Assembly (NCBI GenBank): GCA_964016885.1
Contig: OZ024752.1
Coordinates: 2,480,001 to 2,544,000 of the forward strand
Source of the DNA: Eledone cirrhosa
Taxonomy: Eukaryota
DNA: 64,000 nt
Reading direction: 5' to 3'
A program made the position numbers and the translations under genes. Below the pieces are notes generated by a model, which worked only from the letters and a program-made list of their open reading frames with translations, was not told the origin of the DNA and made no database searches. Positions 13,328 to 26,765 of the stretch are shown piece by piece. Every line of letters begins with the position of its first letter. The stretch's first letter is position 1.

Positions 13328-16300
13328 TCCTATCTTCTTTTTTTTATTTTGATTCGGAATTGGTTATCGTGATTATACATTTATTGCTGCATTGATGGTT
13401 ATGAAGGAGTAGCTGCTTTGGTAGGATGATAGATGTGCAAGTATCGGCGCGGATGGTGAATAAGCTAGTGTTCGTGATAAATATTCAAAATATATAATGG
13501 TGTTTGGGAACCTATCTCCTCACATTGGTCTATGAATCCCAGGCAACTACAGCATGTCGCTGATAGTTCAACTGTTAATATTTTCCGATCTAGTGTCTGA
13601 GATTTTACATATCTACTTTCTGATACACCAAAAATAGTCCTACAATTATATGCATGTTACTATTGATTGATGAGCAGAAGAATTTAGACAAATTTTCACT
13701 GTAAACAATTCACACCAACAAACACTATTTATAATGCAGAACACAATATACATCTGTATATATGTGCACGCGCACGCACATACATATACATAGACAATCA
13801 ACTTAAGTATACTCTGCTCTTGAGTAAAACGACAAGAGGCTTCTTTTTGACTATAAGGAAAATGTTAATTCATAAATTGTAAAAAGTTATCCGATTTTCT
13901 GTAAGGGATATGTGCCGAAATTTAGATTTACTTGACAATTACCGTCAGTGCAAATTTCCGTAATCCAATTTAACTGAATGTCGGCATAGGCCTGTATATA
14001 TAACACAACCCTTTCCAGTAATATGACTATTCAGTATTATATATAATAGTTGGGTTTCTGAAATTTATTCATATACAAATGCATACACTTCTTAAATGGG
14101 AATTGATATGTATCTGCGATCGAGATTTGATTGCCATCATGAACGTAGGTGATCAGGTGACAAATCTTTGCACTACATTTCGTGTTAGTGCGTGATATAT
14201 GTTGATATCTATTCTCATTTGTAACCCAATATATCCCATTTTTATGTACATATGATTAATGGAGTATCAAATTGATGCAGGAAACATATATTGATTATAA
14301 TATGATTGATATAAAAAGTGTGGAATTTGTATTTCCGATCAATCGGTCGAGGTGTGTTACAGTCTAAGAAACCAGTTTTGGGAAATATGTGCTCCGTTGC
14401 AGATTGATTCATTTCATTGCTTCTCCCATCTCGTTCATGACGCTGTATTAAAGACAATAAAATACAAGTATTATCATATATGTTCCCCTTAATGTAGCAC
14501 GAACATTGTTAATACAAGTAAACAATTGCACCTAACGTTGAAGAATCGATATAGATAGTGTGCAATTAGTATATGTATTTACGGTTCTAAACAACTTGAC
14601 TATTTTCATTAGTTTCTTTGGTTATCAGGAGAAGTCAATATATTATACTATAGTTGATATATTATTTTCTATGAAACAATGTTCAACGGATCTATGTGAT
14701 CATTTGAATTTCTAGAACTACAAACTAATTCACCCTACTACCATTTTGAGACTCGTACTTCTAGCAAATTGTGAAGACTAGATATTGTAGTATTACATAC
14801 ATGGTACCTCACAGAGAATAGTATATTCCCGTATGAAAAGCCTTTAGTCAGACGTAAGTCCGATAAAGACGGACCGAAGAAATTGTGATTTCAATTTAAG
14901 ACTCTAAAAATTGGATTGATGACAAATTAATGTATTTTAATGCGGCAGTATGTTCAAATGTCAAATATCCTTTGCTGCGAGTAGACGCCTGGGTGTTCAA
15001 CATCGAATTTGTGGCAGAAATAATATATTTTTTGTTGTTGCAAAATAGTCAGATTGGCATGTAAACTAGATATTATATTCATGTGCTTAATATAACAAAA
15101 TATTTGAAACTATGCCTCTAGCCGCTACTTTATGAAATTGGCACATACATATGTACAACATGAAAATGTGTAATCATATTTAAATGTAATACTTGCCGAG
15201 GAAAGTTCTTTTATTACGTTTGAAACAAATGTTAAAATCATAAATTACTGGTACTGTTGTTTTTCTTTCTTTTTTTCATATTTTCCCAATTTGCTGCAGT
15301 TTAGAAGTATGACATTTATATTTCAGTAGTGGAACTATGTTTTGTTTTCAATAAAAGTGAATTATATTCTCCAAATTTATATCCTTGGGTGACAGCTTAA
15401 TTGCCATACAGATTCATTTGGGCTTCATTTCTAAATATTATATATCGTGCATCCGTAGAAAAATATACATCAATAAAGGTAAACCATGGAATATGAAAAT
15501 AAGGAAGTTATATTCTGTAACTAATACTGGGAAGCTGCTAAATATTTACTTGGCCTACTAAAATTGGCATTCAAATCATTACACCCCGTCTTAAATGAAT
15601 GGATACATATGACTCTGTACTAAATCCTTATTTACAAAATGACTTTTGGATATGATCTGAAGTGAAATAAAAACATTTATTTAACTTGCCCAACCATGAA
15701 ATGCTTTGTTAAAATATTTGTAATTAGGATTCTCAGGAAAAGGGGAAAACTCGGCGTATGGAAGCTGTTAGAACAGCAGAATGCCATCGAAGCGGCGAAG
15801 GACAGAGATCAGCTGCTCGATATGAGTTGACTCGAAAGAAGGAAGAGAAGATAGGATGGAGGAAAAATAATGGATGGATGAATACGAAAAGGTCACAAAC
15901 ATTAAAATATGCTCTTCAGATCCCAACCTTCTGCAGTTTCGACAAATTAATGAGAATTTGTCATTAATTTTATTTAGATTTAAACTGCAAGAATACTCGC
16001 ATATCTTCATTCCTAACATACCAATATATATATATATCTGCTCCAGCTTTTCGGGGTTGTATTACTTCGACTGCAGGGGAATAAATGCATCCATAAGGGT
16101 ATGATAGAAAAAAAGAGCCATGTAACCAGATCACACATTAATATATCTCCCTCTCAGATTCACACATGTATTGCATTCATTTTTGGGAAAAGATATGAAA
16201 CAATTATTTGGTATTTGCAAAAAGAGCAAAATAGAATTCAAGAAAATATATAGACGTATATGCCGATGCATATAAAGAAGAACCTGTGAAGAACTAGAAG

Positions 16301-16722
16301 TCTGCAGGCATATCTATGTAATGACCAAATTAAAATAAAACGGTGAGGTAAAGTTAGTTATTGTGAAAATATAAAGTAGGGAAGTAGAAAGCTGAATAAC
16401 ATTTTATCATAATTTCAGGAGCGTGCTTTAAATATTAGAGTTTGTACATTAGTTAATGAAAAGTTCAGTGATATATTTATGAATAGCTGGACGAACGGGG
16501 AACTATTTAATATTAATAAATAGATATAAGAGTGGCAGTTGTAATAGAATGTAACCTAATTAAAGAAATTGCTATAATATATATTTTAAGAGATATTTAC
16601 TCTATTCGAAAGTAAAAGATATGAAATTGCAGTAACACAACACAAACATTTATATATAACCGTACTTGTACATATGTGTATATATATATAAACAATTGCA
16701 GGACTTAACCCCAACAACTATA

Positions 16723-16800
<78 letters not shown>

Positions 16801-16919
16801 TATGTGTGTGTGTGTATAGGTGTGTGTGTGGGGATGTATAAATAATAGAACAGCCTCCTCCTTTATACTCAAATATACACAGGCGATTATATATATAGAG
16901 AGAGAGATAGAGAGAGGGA

Positions 16920-18467
16920 GAGAATACCACCGTGGCATCCGTCTCGGCTCGTGTTGCCCGATCACACGTCACTTCTGCTCTGCTGGAAACTCTGCTCGCA
17001 ATTTGACTGGCTGCGGTCTGATTGCGTGCCTAGGAACCCCCGATGCCCGACTTAAGGCTGAACAACGCACCATATTCTAATTACAGATATGCACAACCCC
17101 GGTTTGTACTCCACACCCCTCTTTATTTAGTCCCCGACTGACTTCTCCCTACCCGTCCCCTCTACCTACTATCTCCACTAATCTCCACCCCCACACATAC
17201 CTCACCACCCCACTAAACTAAACATCCCACAACTCTTTCTGTCCGCCTTACCACCCTTCACAAAAACACACATGCACTTATACCCTAAGCACACACACCC
17301 ACCTCAGTACATACACTCACTCAAAACGAATTTACCTGCTCAAATGTCTACTACGCCTTCTACACACATACACATAACTCCATACACACATACATACACG
17401 CATGCTACTCTCATTCACACATAGTAGTACTACTTTCACTATTGCCCGCCAGTTCTGTTCTGCCGAAACTACCCCCTCTCTTCTCTCTCACATATTGCCC
17501 CGCTATCATCACCCTCTCGACTCTCGACTCCCACTCCTTCGACTTGACCATTTCTGATTGCTCAGGCTGCACGACCATTTCACTTCTTCATCGCCATTCT
17601 CTTCTACTTGAACCAGGAATTTACAAAAGGTGGTAGCCCCCCGTTTTATCTCCGTATCTTTACGATCGACACTCACACCCCAACATCCATTTAGGAACTT
17701 AGATACACACAGAACCTAGCACCATTTCCGCACACACGCAACTACGCATTTCACACAAACCCACATCACCTACATACACACCACACATCTCCTTTTCTTA
17801 ACCACTCAAACACACACACACTCTTGCACATCTACATATACACCCACATTTCGCCCCTCACCGTCTCTGGATTTGACATGATCTCATTTCACCCCATCCG
17901 TCACCCTCGATCAAAACACACATACATATATTATACTCGCATTGACATGCATTCCACCCTAGCACACACACAATGGTTTTTCAAAACCCACATTCACATA
18001 ACTCGCCTCCTGCCAGACTTTCACACCATACATACATACACACACTTATATCTACACATACTCACACAACTTATGTTTCACCATCTCCGTTCGGACTCGA
18101 ATTTTCTCGATTTCCCTCCCCTGCTCTCCACTTCCACCAACCTATTACGCACTACTACAACCTTGCCTTTACGAACTGTACACCCCTCCCACCCCATTCA
18201 CTTTCATTTTATAAAATTCTGTTTTTGTATATATTACTTTTAATTCTGTTTCTATTTATTTTGATTCGCATGTTAATTTTCACTCCTATTTTCCCGTCCT
18301 TTCATGTTTTTCCATTTAAGTCCCCCCTTACTCCCCATGGGAGTTCCTCCATAATTTCCTCATGAAGGACATATCCGAAACGTTGTAACCTCCCCCACCT
18401 TCGCCAAGTTTGAATCTAATAAAATGTACGATTGACCCCCTGCGTTTGTTTGTTTTTCTTTTGAACC

Positions 18468-18470
<3 letters not shown>
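16920..18470 (+). mobile_element. 5'-truncated Penelope-like element: GIY-YIG C-terminus, C/A-rich 3' region, decayed hammerhead
   Basis: EYHRGIRLGSCCPITRHFCSAGNSARNLTGCGLIACLGTPDARLKAEQRTIF resembles the PLE endonuclease C-terminal PVAxHF..GH...R...EQ.LIF pattern. CTCATGA-AGGA CATA TCC-GAAACGTTGTA at 18359-18387. Ends in (TA)n. Confidence 0.65.
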
Positions 18471-18523
<53 letters not shown>

Positions 18524-18566
18524 CACAAATAATGAATAAACAATTCCTTATATTAAACAAAAAAAG

Positions 18567-18721
18567 TTCATTATTTAACGATCGTTTCTAGGATATATAT
18601 GTGTTAGAATTGGTATGCATATTCAACAGATCTATGTACAAAATTATACAAAATTATACAAATTATCAAGATTAAATATACATACCAAACACATATATAC
18701 GCCGTCTTCAGAAATAATGAA
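18567..18721 (-). ncRNA. Hammerhead with 116-nt stem II insert (left-arm copy)
   Basis: Reverse complement of 19505-19659. Confidence 0.75.
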
Positions 18722-19504
18722 GTATATTTATTGATAATAACAACAATTCAAAATTTCAGGTCCGTTTGGGAACAAAATTGACCAATGAAAACACAAAGGG
18801 TTAAATTTCTTTTTTCTTTTTTCTTTTTTCTTTTTCTTTTTTCTTTTTTCTTTTTTCTCTTTTTTCTGTTTTTCTTTCTATTTTTTTTTCTTTCTATTCT
18901 TTCCTCTTTAATGTTTTATTTATTATATTTTATTTATTTATTTTTTTATTTTTCTTAGTTTATAGATACATCTATATTAGGCAGTCTGCTCAGACCGTTG
19001 AATACTGACCCCTCCCCCCCCTCCCACCTAATTTCTGTATCTTGATCTAAAAATGTGTGTGCCAGTGTTTTATGTGAGTGAATTAATATCCATGTGCTTA
19101 TGATTTTATATCCACATATATAAATGTGAGTGGGGGTGTGTGTGTGTTTGTATGTTCGTGGTTATGTGTATATTTATGCATATACGCGCGTGTATGTGTG
19201 ATTGTACGGATATGTGTGAGTATGAAAAAAAAATATATTTATATACTTAACTTCATAAGTGTCAATACGCATCTTATCTGCGCATTATAAACTTACAGAG
19301 ACATTAACCTTGAAATTTTGTATTTGCATCCATCCTTTTAGTATGCGTATACAAATTATACATACATTTTTGTAAAATATGTGTAAGGGTGTTATATGTA
19401 TATACACACACCGAACTGCATTTAACCCTTTGTGTTTTCATTGGTCAATTTTGTTCCCAAACGGACCTGAAATTTTGAATTGTTGTTATTATCAATAAAT
19501 ATAC

Positions 19505-19659
19505 TTCATTATTTCTGAAGACGGCGTATATATGTGTTTGGTATGTATATTTAATCTTGATAATTTGTATAATTTTGTATAATTTTGTACATAGATCTGT
19601 TGAATATGCATACCAATTCTAACACATATATATCCTAGAAACGATCGTTAAATAATGAA
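19505..19659 (+). ncRNA. Hammerhead with 116-nt stem II insert
   Basis: TTCATTATTT-CTGAAGA-[19522-19637]-GAAAC-GATC-GTT-AAATAATGAA. Perfect 10-bp stem I and palindromic GATC loop III. Confidence 0.75.
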
Positions 19660-19847
19660 CTTTTTTTGTTTAATATAAGGAATTGTTTATTCATTATTTG
19701 TTTAATATTTTATCTTGACTCTGTATACCGTTTATCTTTCACCGAAAGTGGTTTTTCATTACATCTCTTCTTTCCATGATATCCGGAATACATTGAGTTC
19801 TTCATACGGATTGGACACTACCGTAAACTCTTGGTAGATTTATCTAC

Positions 19848-19923
<76 letters not shown>

Positions 19924-20467
19924 TATGTGTACGTGCGTATGTTTGTTAAGTATTTCCGTAGAAAAGGTAAAGGAAAGAAGAGTGCTCTATGTATTGTACA
20001 GAGCTATTTAATTATGTAATAAACAAAACAATATAATTATTCCATTACCAAAGTTTTAACGAAGTTAGACGTTTCTGACAGAAACGTTTGAGTCGCTCAT
20101 CAGGCGGAATCTTTATTTTGGATATAAGATATCGTATTAAAATCTATTATAAGCTAGCAGTGGTACCCGGCGTTTCCCTTGAAAAATATATTTTGGAACG
20201 CGCGCCGCAAACAGACCTAATCGTGGAAAAACTGCATGCCTGGACAATATGTAAAAAGAATGAACCGAATACTCTGATGGGTGGATAATCTTTAACATTT
20301 TCCTCGATGAAGCAGGAAAAATCCAGGTTTTCACCTAATGCTGGTTCTAGGGGTTCAAAAAATGAATTTTTTTATGTGCATAATATGCCTTGAAATTTCG
20401 GATGAAATCGGCTAGACGTACCGCCTCAAAAAACCTCTAAAACCCTGAAAAAAATATATATATATAT

Positions 20468-20866
20468 TACAGAAAAAAGAGAATCAGTGTTGCGACGAAA
20501 TGAATTTATTGGACATATTACAAATGTTTCTCGGGCGACCAGCTCGAGGCACGATCGATATGTTGATCATACCTGACTCTGAAATCTCTCAGTCGTCGGA
20601 TACGTCTCGATTCTACGAAGCAGATTTTCCTATAGTCCTTTAACATCGAATTTATTCGTTTGTTGAGTTAGATCCTGATGTTGTCATTGCATGAATGGTC
20701 AAGAATTGTACACGTCACCGGTATTTCTAGCCACTTGTGGTTGCCCACTTCTTGTTTCTTCTCGTTCTCCAGCCGACAATCAAAATGTCTTCATGAATCA
20801 GAATTACTACTGTAGTGGTAGAGGGCCTGTAATCTTGAATTATAGAATACAGCCCCTCTACCACTA

Positions 20867-20870
<4 letters not shown>
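20468..20870 (-). mobile_element. pLTR element (family shared with 37174-37572) with long-stem-II hammerhead and terminal hairpin
   Basis: 20468-20620 matches 37174-37325. Minus strand GACGTAT-CCGACGA...GAAAC-ATTT-GTA-ATATGTC at 20512-20606. A ~21-bp-arm hairpin at 20811-20869 abuts (TA)n. Confidence 0.65.
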
Positions 20871-20911
<41 letters not shown>

Positions 20912-20933
20912 TATTTATATACATTTATATTAA

Positions 20934-21011
<78 letters not shown>

Positions 21012-21379
21012 TATGTACATAGTCATGCACTTTCATTACAAACATAAATATAGACGCACATACATTTTAAAGAATGCAGACTGTGAATAGTGAAAGGAAG
21101 ACATGTCTTGGGTGAAAAGATAGTCATATTTGTGGGATAACGTGGAATGGCGACTTAGATAGGTAGAATATGTCAGGAATACTAAAAAAAAAAGATAAAG
21201 AAATATTACAGACGAATAATGCATTAAATATCCTGAATATATAAAATATTTTACGATTCATATGTATTCCAATAAAATAAATAAATAAACTCGATGTATC
21301 AAATGAGAGCTAGGGATTTCGATCTTAACTTCCCACCATAAAGGCATATCAATTCTTCACACTTATTCTTCTATATTTA

Positions 21380-21418
<39 letters not shown>

Positions 21419-21659
21419 TCACCTTTGTTAGGAATTATATACAAGTTTCTTAAATGTCTGTTCTTCGATACAGTGTTTTGAAGGTCTAATTAAATTCATA
21501 TTGAATCCTTTTTGCTATAAGTACCTTATCAATAGATACGCGATATGTTTACATAATATGCCTATGTGTGCCTATATATTTTTGTTTGCGTGATTGTATG
21601 TGTCACACACACCATATATATATAAATATATATATAAATATATATATATATATTCATCG

Positions 21660-21722
<63 letters not shown>

Positions 21723-22130
21723 AGTGTGTGTGTGTTTGTGTGTGTGTATTTTCAATCACAAATTCATACAACATATATAGCATATATATTTTGACATACA
21801 CATTTTCTTACGCTGTAAATATAATTTCATATCTGATTGCTTAAATTACATATGTATTTCATTATTTCATAAAAAAAATTGTATTGCCACCGTTTCCTTT
21901 GTTGTTATGCTTTTTCCTATGCATTTTGTTTTCTCTTTTCCTATTCGCAATTGCTGTGATTGTACAACAGTTTTACACAGCCGCCCATCAAAATAAACGC
22001 ATCATGAAAATTATGCGTATACGTATATATTTCAATCTGATTCTGTGTATGCTTGTATGTTTGTGTGTATACCTTGGCAGGTGTTCACGTGTTTCCCCGC
22101 GAAGCTTTTTTATGCACATAATACATTATA

Positions 22131-22173
<43 letters not shown>

Positions 22174-23367
22174 GCCTCTCATCACGAGAAATGTTTCTGA
22201 ACACAATAAAGAACAAGCATGTCAGCAAAAACAGTTGGCGTGAAGCTGTGAGGGTTGGTGTAATATTCTGTGAAGTTAGTTCCTATCTATCTGTCTTTCA
22301 CATACACTTTCTCTCTGTCACTGTAGTCCTATCTCAACATTTCGGACCACGGATGGCCTTCTAGATTGAAAAATTCCATCGAAAATTGAGAGGGTTTCTC
22401 CATCATCAAATTTCTGTTCTACGTTTGCGAACAAGGCTTATCAATGATTTCATCAGTATACATGTTGTGTACAAATAAATAAAAGAGAAAAATATTACCC
22501 TACACTTTGAACGATGTTTCTATATATGAATAAACAATTAACCAGTCACTCTTATTTCATCACTCAATGATTACATTTTTAATCGCATGTCTTAAAGAAC
22601 GGCTAGATAGTTATTGTCTTGAATAATGTCGGCGTTTAAGGATCTAGAGAGACACAATGTTTAAGATTCCACCGATTCTAAGCCTGACGTCTAAATTTTG
22701 ATTGTGAGAAGGGACTGGTTGAGATGTATAAGTATCAAGAATTGACGCTACTAGGCGTGCCTTACCGATGGCGTGCCCCAGACTACTTGCTCTCTCAGAT
22801 TATCACTCTTCGAAAGAGTGATAGATCGGACATAGCTCATACCACGTGACGGAATCGAAGAGAATTCCAAAATTCCATCCTCGAATAAATTCAATACTGG
22901 CAATTGTCCTAATAAATCCATTCGTTCTAGGAACATAAACATTCAATAACAAATCATCTATGAAATCGTCGCAGACGAAGAACATATTCTAATTCGTATA
23001 GCTATTACATGTTTGGTACCATAACGCAAAGGATTGTATAACTGAACGACTATAAAAAATAAGAACCGATTTATTTAGTCAACAATAAGAAGGGAGGTAG
23101 GCACCATCATGTGATTTGCATTCATAGGTTCATATACATATGTAACGTAGAGTGAATATTTAAGAAATCTGCATTATCATTAAATGGTTATTTATAAATA
23201 AAGTATTCGCCAATATATTTAGTGGTCTGGCTTTTCGCTTCTGTACATAGAAGTGTTTACATATATATTCTCTCTCCATATGTATATACATTACACACAC
23301 ACAAACACCCACACACGCACACACACATACATATACATATATATATATATATATATACATATATAAA

Positions 23368-23506
<139 letters not shown>

Positions 23507-23535
23507 TATATATATATGTACACACATATACGTAC

Positions 23536-23605
<70 letters not shown>

Positions 23606-23608
23606 AAA

Positions 23609-23679
<71 letters not shown>

Positions 23680-23689
23680 AATATACAGA

Positions 23690-24135
23690 TAAATCCACCA
23701 ATTAATGCTAGGTTCCAAGCCGTATGAAGAACTCAATGTAATCCGTATGTAGATGTCGTGAAGCAAAGTTTAAAATACAGAATTTCAACGATATAATTCA
23801 TTGGAAGCAGAGTCAAAATAATACAAACATTGAAAACAAAGAAATTAAACAAAATACGGGTAATCATAGTAAAACTCATTATTTTACGATCGTTTCTGGG
23901 GCGGTAGTTCTCCGTATATTCATTCTTTTAGTGATCTATGTAAAATATGGTAAAAAATTATCAAAGTATGTACATATACATACGTCTTCCCTACCTGCTG
24001 TCTTCAGAAATAATAGATCTCTAATAGAATGAACATACGGAGTACTACCCCCCAGAAACGATCGTAAAGTAATGAGTTTTACTATGAATTACCCGTATTT
24101 TGTTTAATTCCATTGTTTTCACTATTTGTATTATA
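23690..24135 (-). mobile_element. Fold-back element, diverged relative of 18525-19850
   Basis: Arms ~23818-23925 and ~24027-24131 are inverted. Hammerhead ATTATTT-CTGAAGA-[~104 nt]-GAAAC-GATC-GTA-AAATAAT on the minus strand at 23878-24014. Confidence 0.8.
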
Positions 24136-24144
24136 CAAATATAT

Positions 24145-24337
<193 letters not shown>

Positions 24338-25341
24338 TATACATAAATATGTATATATATATATATAGAGAGAGAGAGAACGAGAGCGAGAGAATAAGAG
24401 GGGGAAGAGAGAGACATAAAGAGAGAGAAGAGGGAATGTATGTAATTTGTATGAACGTAAATATATATATGTGGGGAGATTATTTGCGTTTGAATATGGT
24501 TGTGTACATATATCTACATAAATTTCACTATATTTGCTCGTAACGAAGCAGAACGAACTTCTATTGTTAAATTTACCTTTATTTCTTTATTCTCATTGAA
24601 GCTTCCACCCATTACAACAATCGACATTAATACCACCGGTAACAAGAACAAAGAGAAGAACACGAACAACAACATTTTACGGCATCAACATTTTGCCTCT
24701 ATCTTCTACATCATTATAATCTACACCAACCCAACGCCATATCTACCATCACCATCACCTCGTATGAACACAGTCATTCTCACGAGAACAACGACTTTAC
24801 GCCGCCATTACACCCTACCATTGTGTATTATTATATTTCTCTATTCAGCAGTCTTTTGATTGTACACCCACCATACATTTATTCTTCTAATGGTAATTAC
24901 GAAGGCAAAATTGGGGAATTTTTCTTATTTTTGCCACGCTTCACTAGCTGAAATCTAATGATGCTACAGAGTCTGGAAGTAACCAAAAAGAACATTTATT
25001 AGTTACGCCTCACAGATGGATTGCAATGTTTCCTCTCCTCGTTTTTCTTTCTCTCATACGACATTCAGAAGCCTACAGAAATATAAAGAGGAAGAGCAAA
25101 ATTGAGAGTGAAACAAAGAAATACATATATAGAATGAGAGAGTGGAGAAAGGGAAGAAATTATGAAATTGAAATACAAAAAAAAAGCAAAGTCTGTAATA
25201 TGAATACACATTAACGTTTGTTTATATGTATATATGTATCTATGTACGAATGTATAGATGTATATCTGGTACGTATGTATATATGTGGTATAAATAATCA
25301 TGCATATAGGAATGTATGTATGTGCGTAAGAATATATGTGC

Positions 25342-25440
<99 letters not shown>

Positions 25441-25861
25441 TTTATATATATAGACATAGATAGAAAGAGAGAGTGAGATAGGGAGTGAGAGATAGAAAGA
25501 GAGAGAGAAAGAGAGGGAGAAAGAAATGTGGGAAGATGGGACTTGCAAAGAAAAGGCATCGATGGTGCAGAAGAATAAAACTGGGGAAGGGGAAGATTCA
25601 AAGGGAAAGAAACAATTGACTATTATATTTTTTCTGTTCTGTTTCTCTTTTTATATCTCTTTCTATTTCTCCTACTTCACATATAACAATGTGTTTCTCT
25701 TTCGACCAAGCTTGTTATACCTCTCAGTGTTTCTATCTTTCTATCTCTAGCATATATATATCTATATATCTATATTTGTGTAAATGTGTGACTATGTGCG
25801 AATGTGTGTGCTTATATATAACAAACGTATATCTATTATATATTTTCATATTATGTATACA

Positions 25862-25903
<42 letters not shown>

Positions 25904-26019
25904 GTATGTGTATGTATGTGTGCGTGTATTTGTATATGCTTCAGTGAACCTGTACGCCTGTGTGCGTGCATATATATATATGTATATTTATGATATACAT
26001 ATATATATGTACACACATA

Positions 26020-26061
<42 letters not shown>

Positions 26062-26442
26062 CATATGGGGGGGGGGGGGTCTATGCTTGTGTGCATGTGA
26101 GTTCGTGTGTCTCTCCTTATTTGCAAATGCACACATTGAATAACGCGTAAACTATAAACGGATTCAAGCATCTCTACTTTTCTTAAAGTCTTCCCCTGGA
26201 AATAAAATTTCGTATGATAGGGAGAGGTGTATAAAACCGAAAATAAACTGCACAGTTGAACATAAACGAGTATTTTGGGGGAAAATACAAACATAAATGT
26301 ATATGCCGCTTGCAAATGTTTACACACACACACATATATATCTATACATGCCTGTGTGTGTGTACGTGTATGTGTGTGTGTGTGTGTATGTGTGTGTGTG
26401 CATGCGTGAACGTTTGTATATATATATATTTCTAAATTAGTG

Positions 26443-26535
<93 letters not shown>

Positions 26536-26559
26536 ATAATAATAATTAGAGAACACCTT

Positions 26560-26750
26560 AGGGCGGTGATTGGCAGTAACGGTAGAGGGTCGGACGCCAT
26601 GCTTTGTAGCACAGTTACGTCCCTTTACGGACTGAGTTCAAATCCCGCCGACGTTAACTTTGCTTTTCATCCTTACGGGGTCGATAAAATAAAGTACCAA
26701 TAATACACTGGGATAATTGCTGGCCTTGTGCTAAAAAGTAGAAACAATTA
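26560..26750 (+). mobile_element. SINE copy with 17-bp target-site duplication
   Basis: Full head and core. TAATTAGAGAACACCTT occurs at both 26543-26559 and 26749-26765. Confidence 0.9.
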
Positions 26751-26765
26751 ATTAGAGAACACCTT

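Larger units (their letters stand above)
18525..19850 (+). mobile_element. Large fold-back element: 282-bp inverted arms, 613-bp spacer, 3' tail
   Basis: 18525-18806 and 19420-19701 are reverse complements with no mismatch seen by eye. Tail 19702-19850 is homologous to the reverse complement of 23690-23820. (TA)n on both sides. Confidence 0.9.

Noticed and set aside
15735-15970. Possible exon / 69-aa ORF
   Set aside because: The alternative frame (KLGVWKLLEQQNAIEAAKDRDQL) looks like a decayed LINE C-terminus, and there is no donor or domain support.
18525-19701. DNA-transposon (MITE) interpretation of the palindromes
   Set aside because: The arms are asymmetric, contain hammerheads, and in families A and B are attached to GIY-YIG ORFs, which favours a Penelope-like retroelement origin.
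20066-20107. Minus-strand CTGATGA...GAAAC hammerhead candidate
   Set aside because: Stems I and III cannot be closed convincingly, so it is at best a decayed copy.
22331-22367. Minus-strand GGCCA TCCG TGGTCC-GAAATGTTG motif
   Set aside because: The CUGANGA half is missing, so it cannot be supported as a ribozyme.
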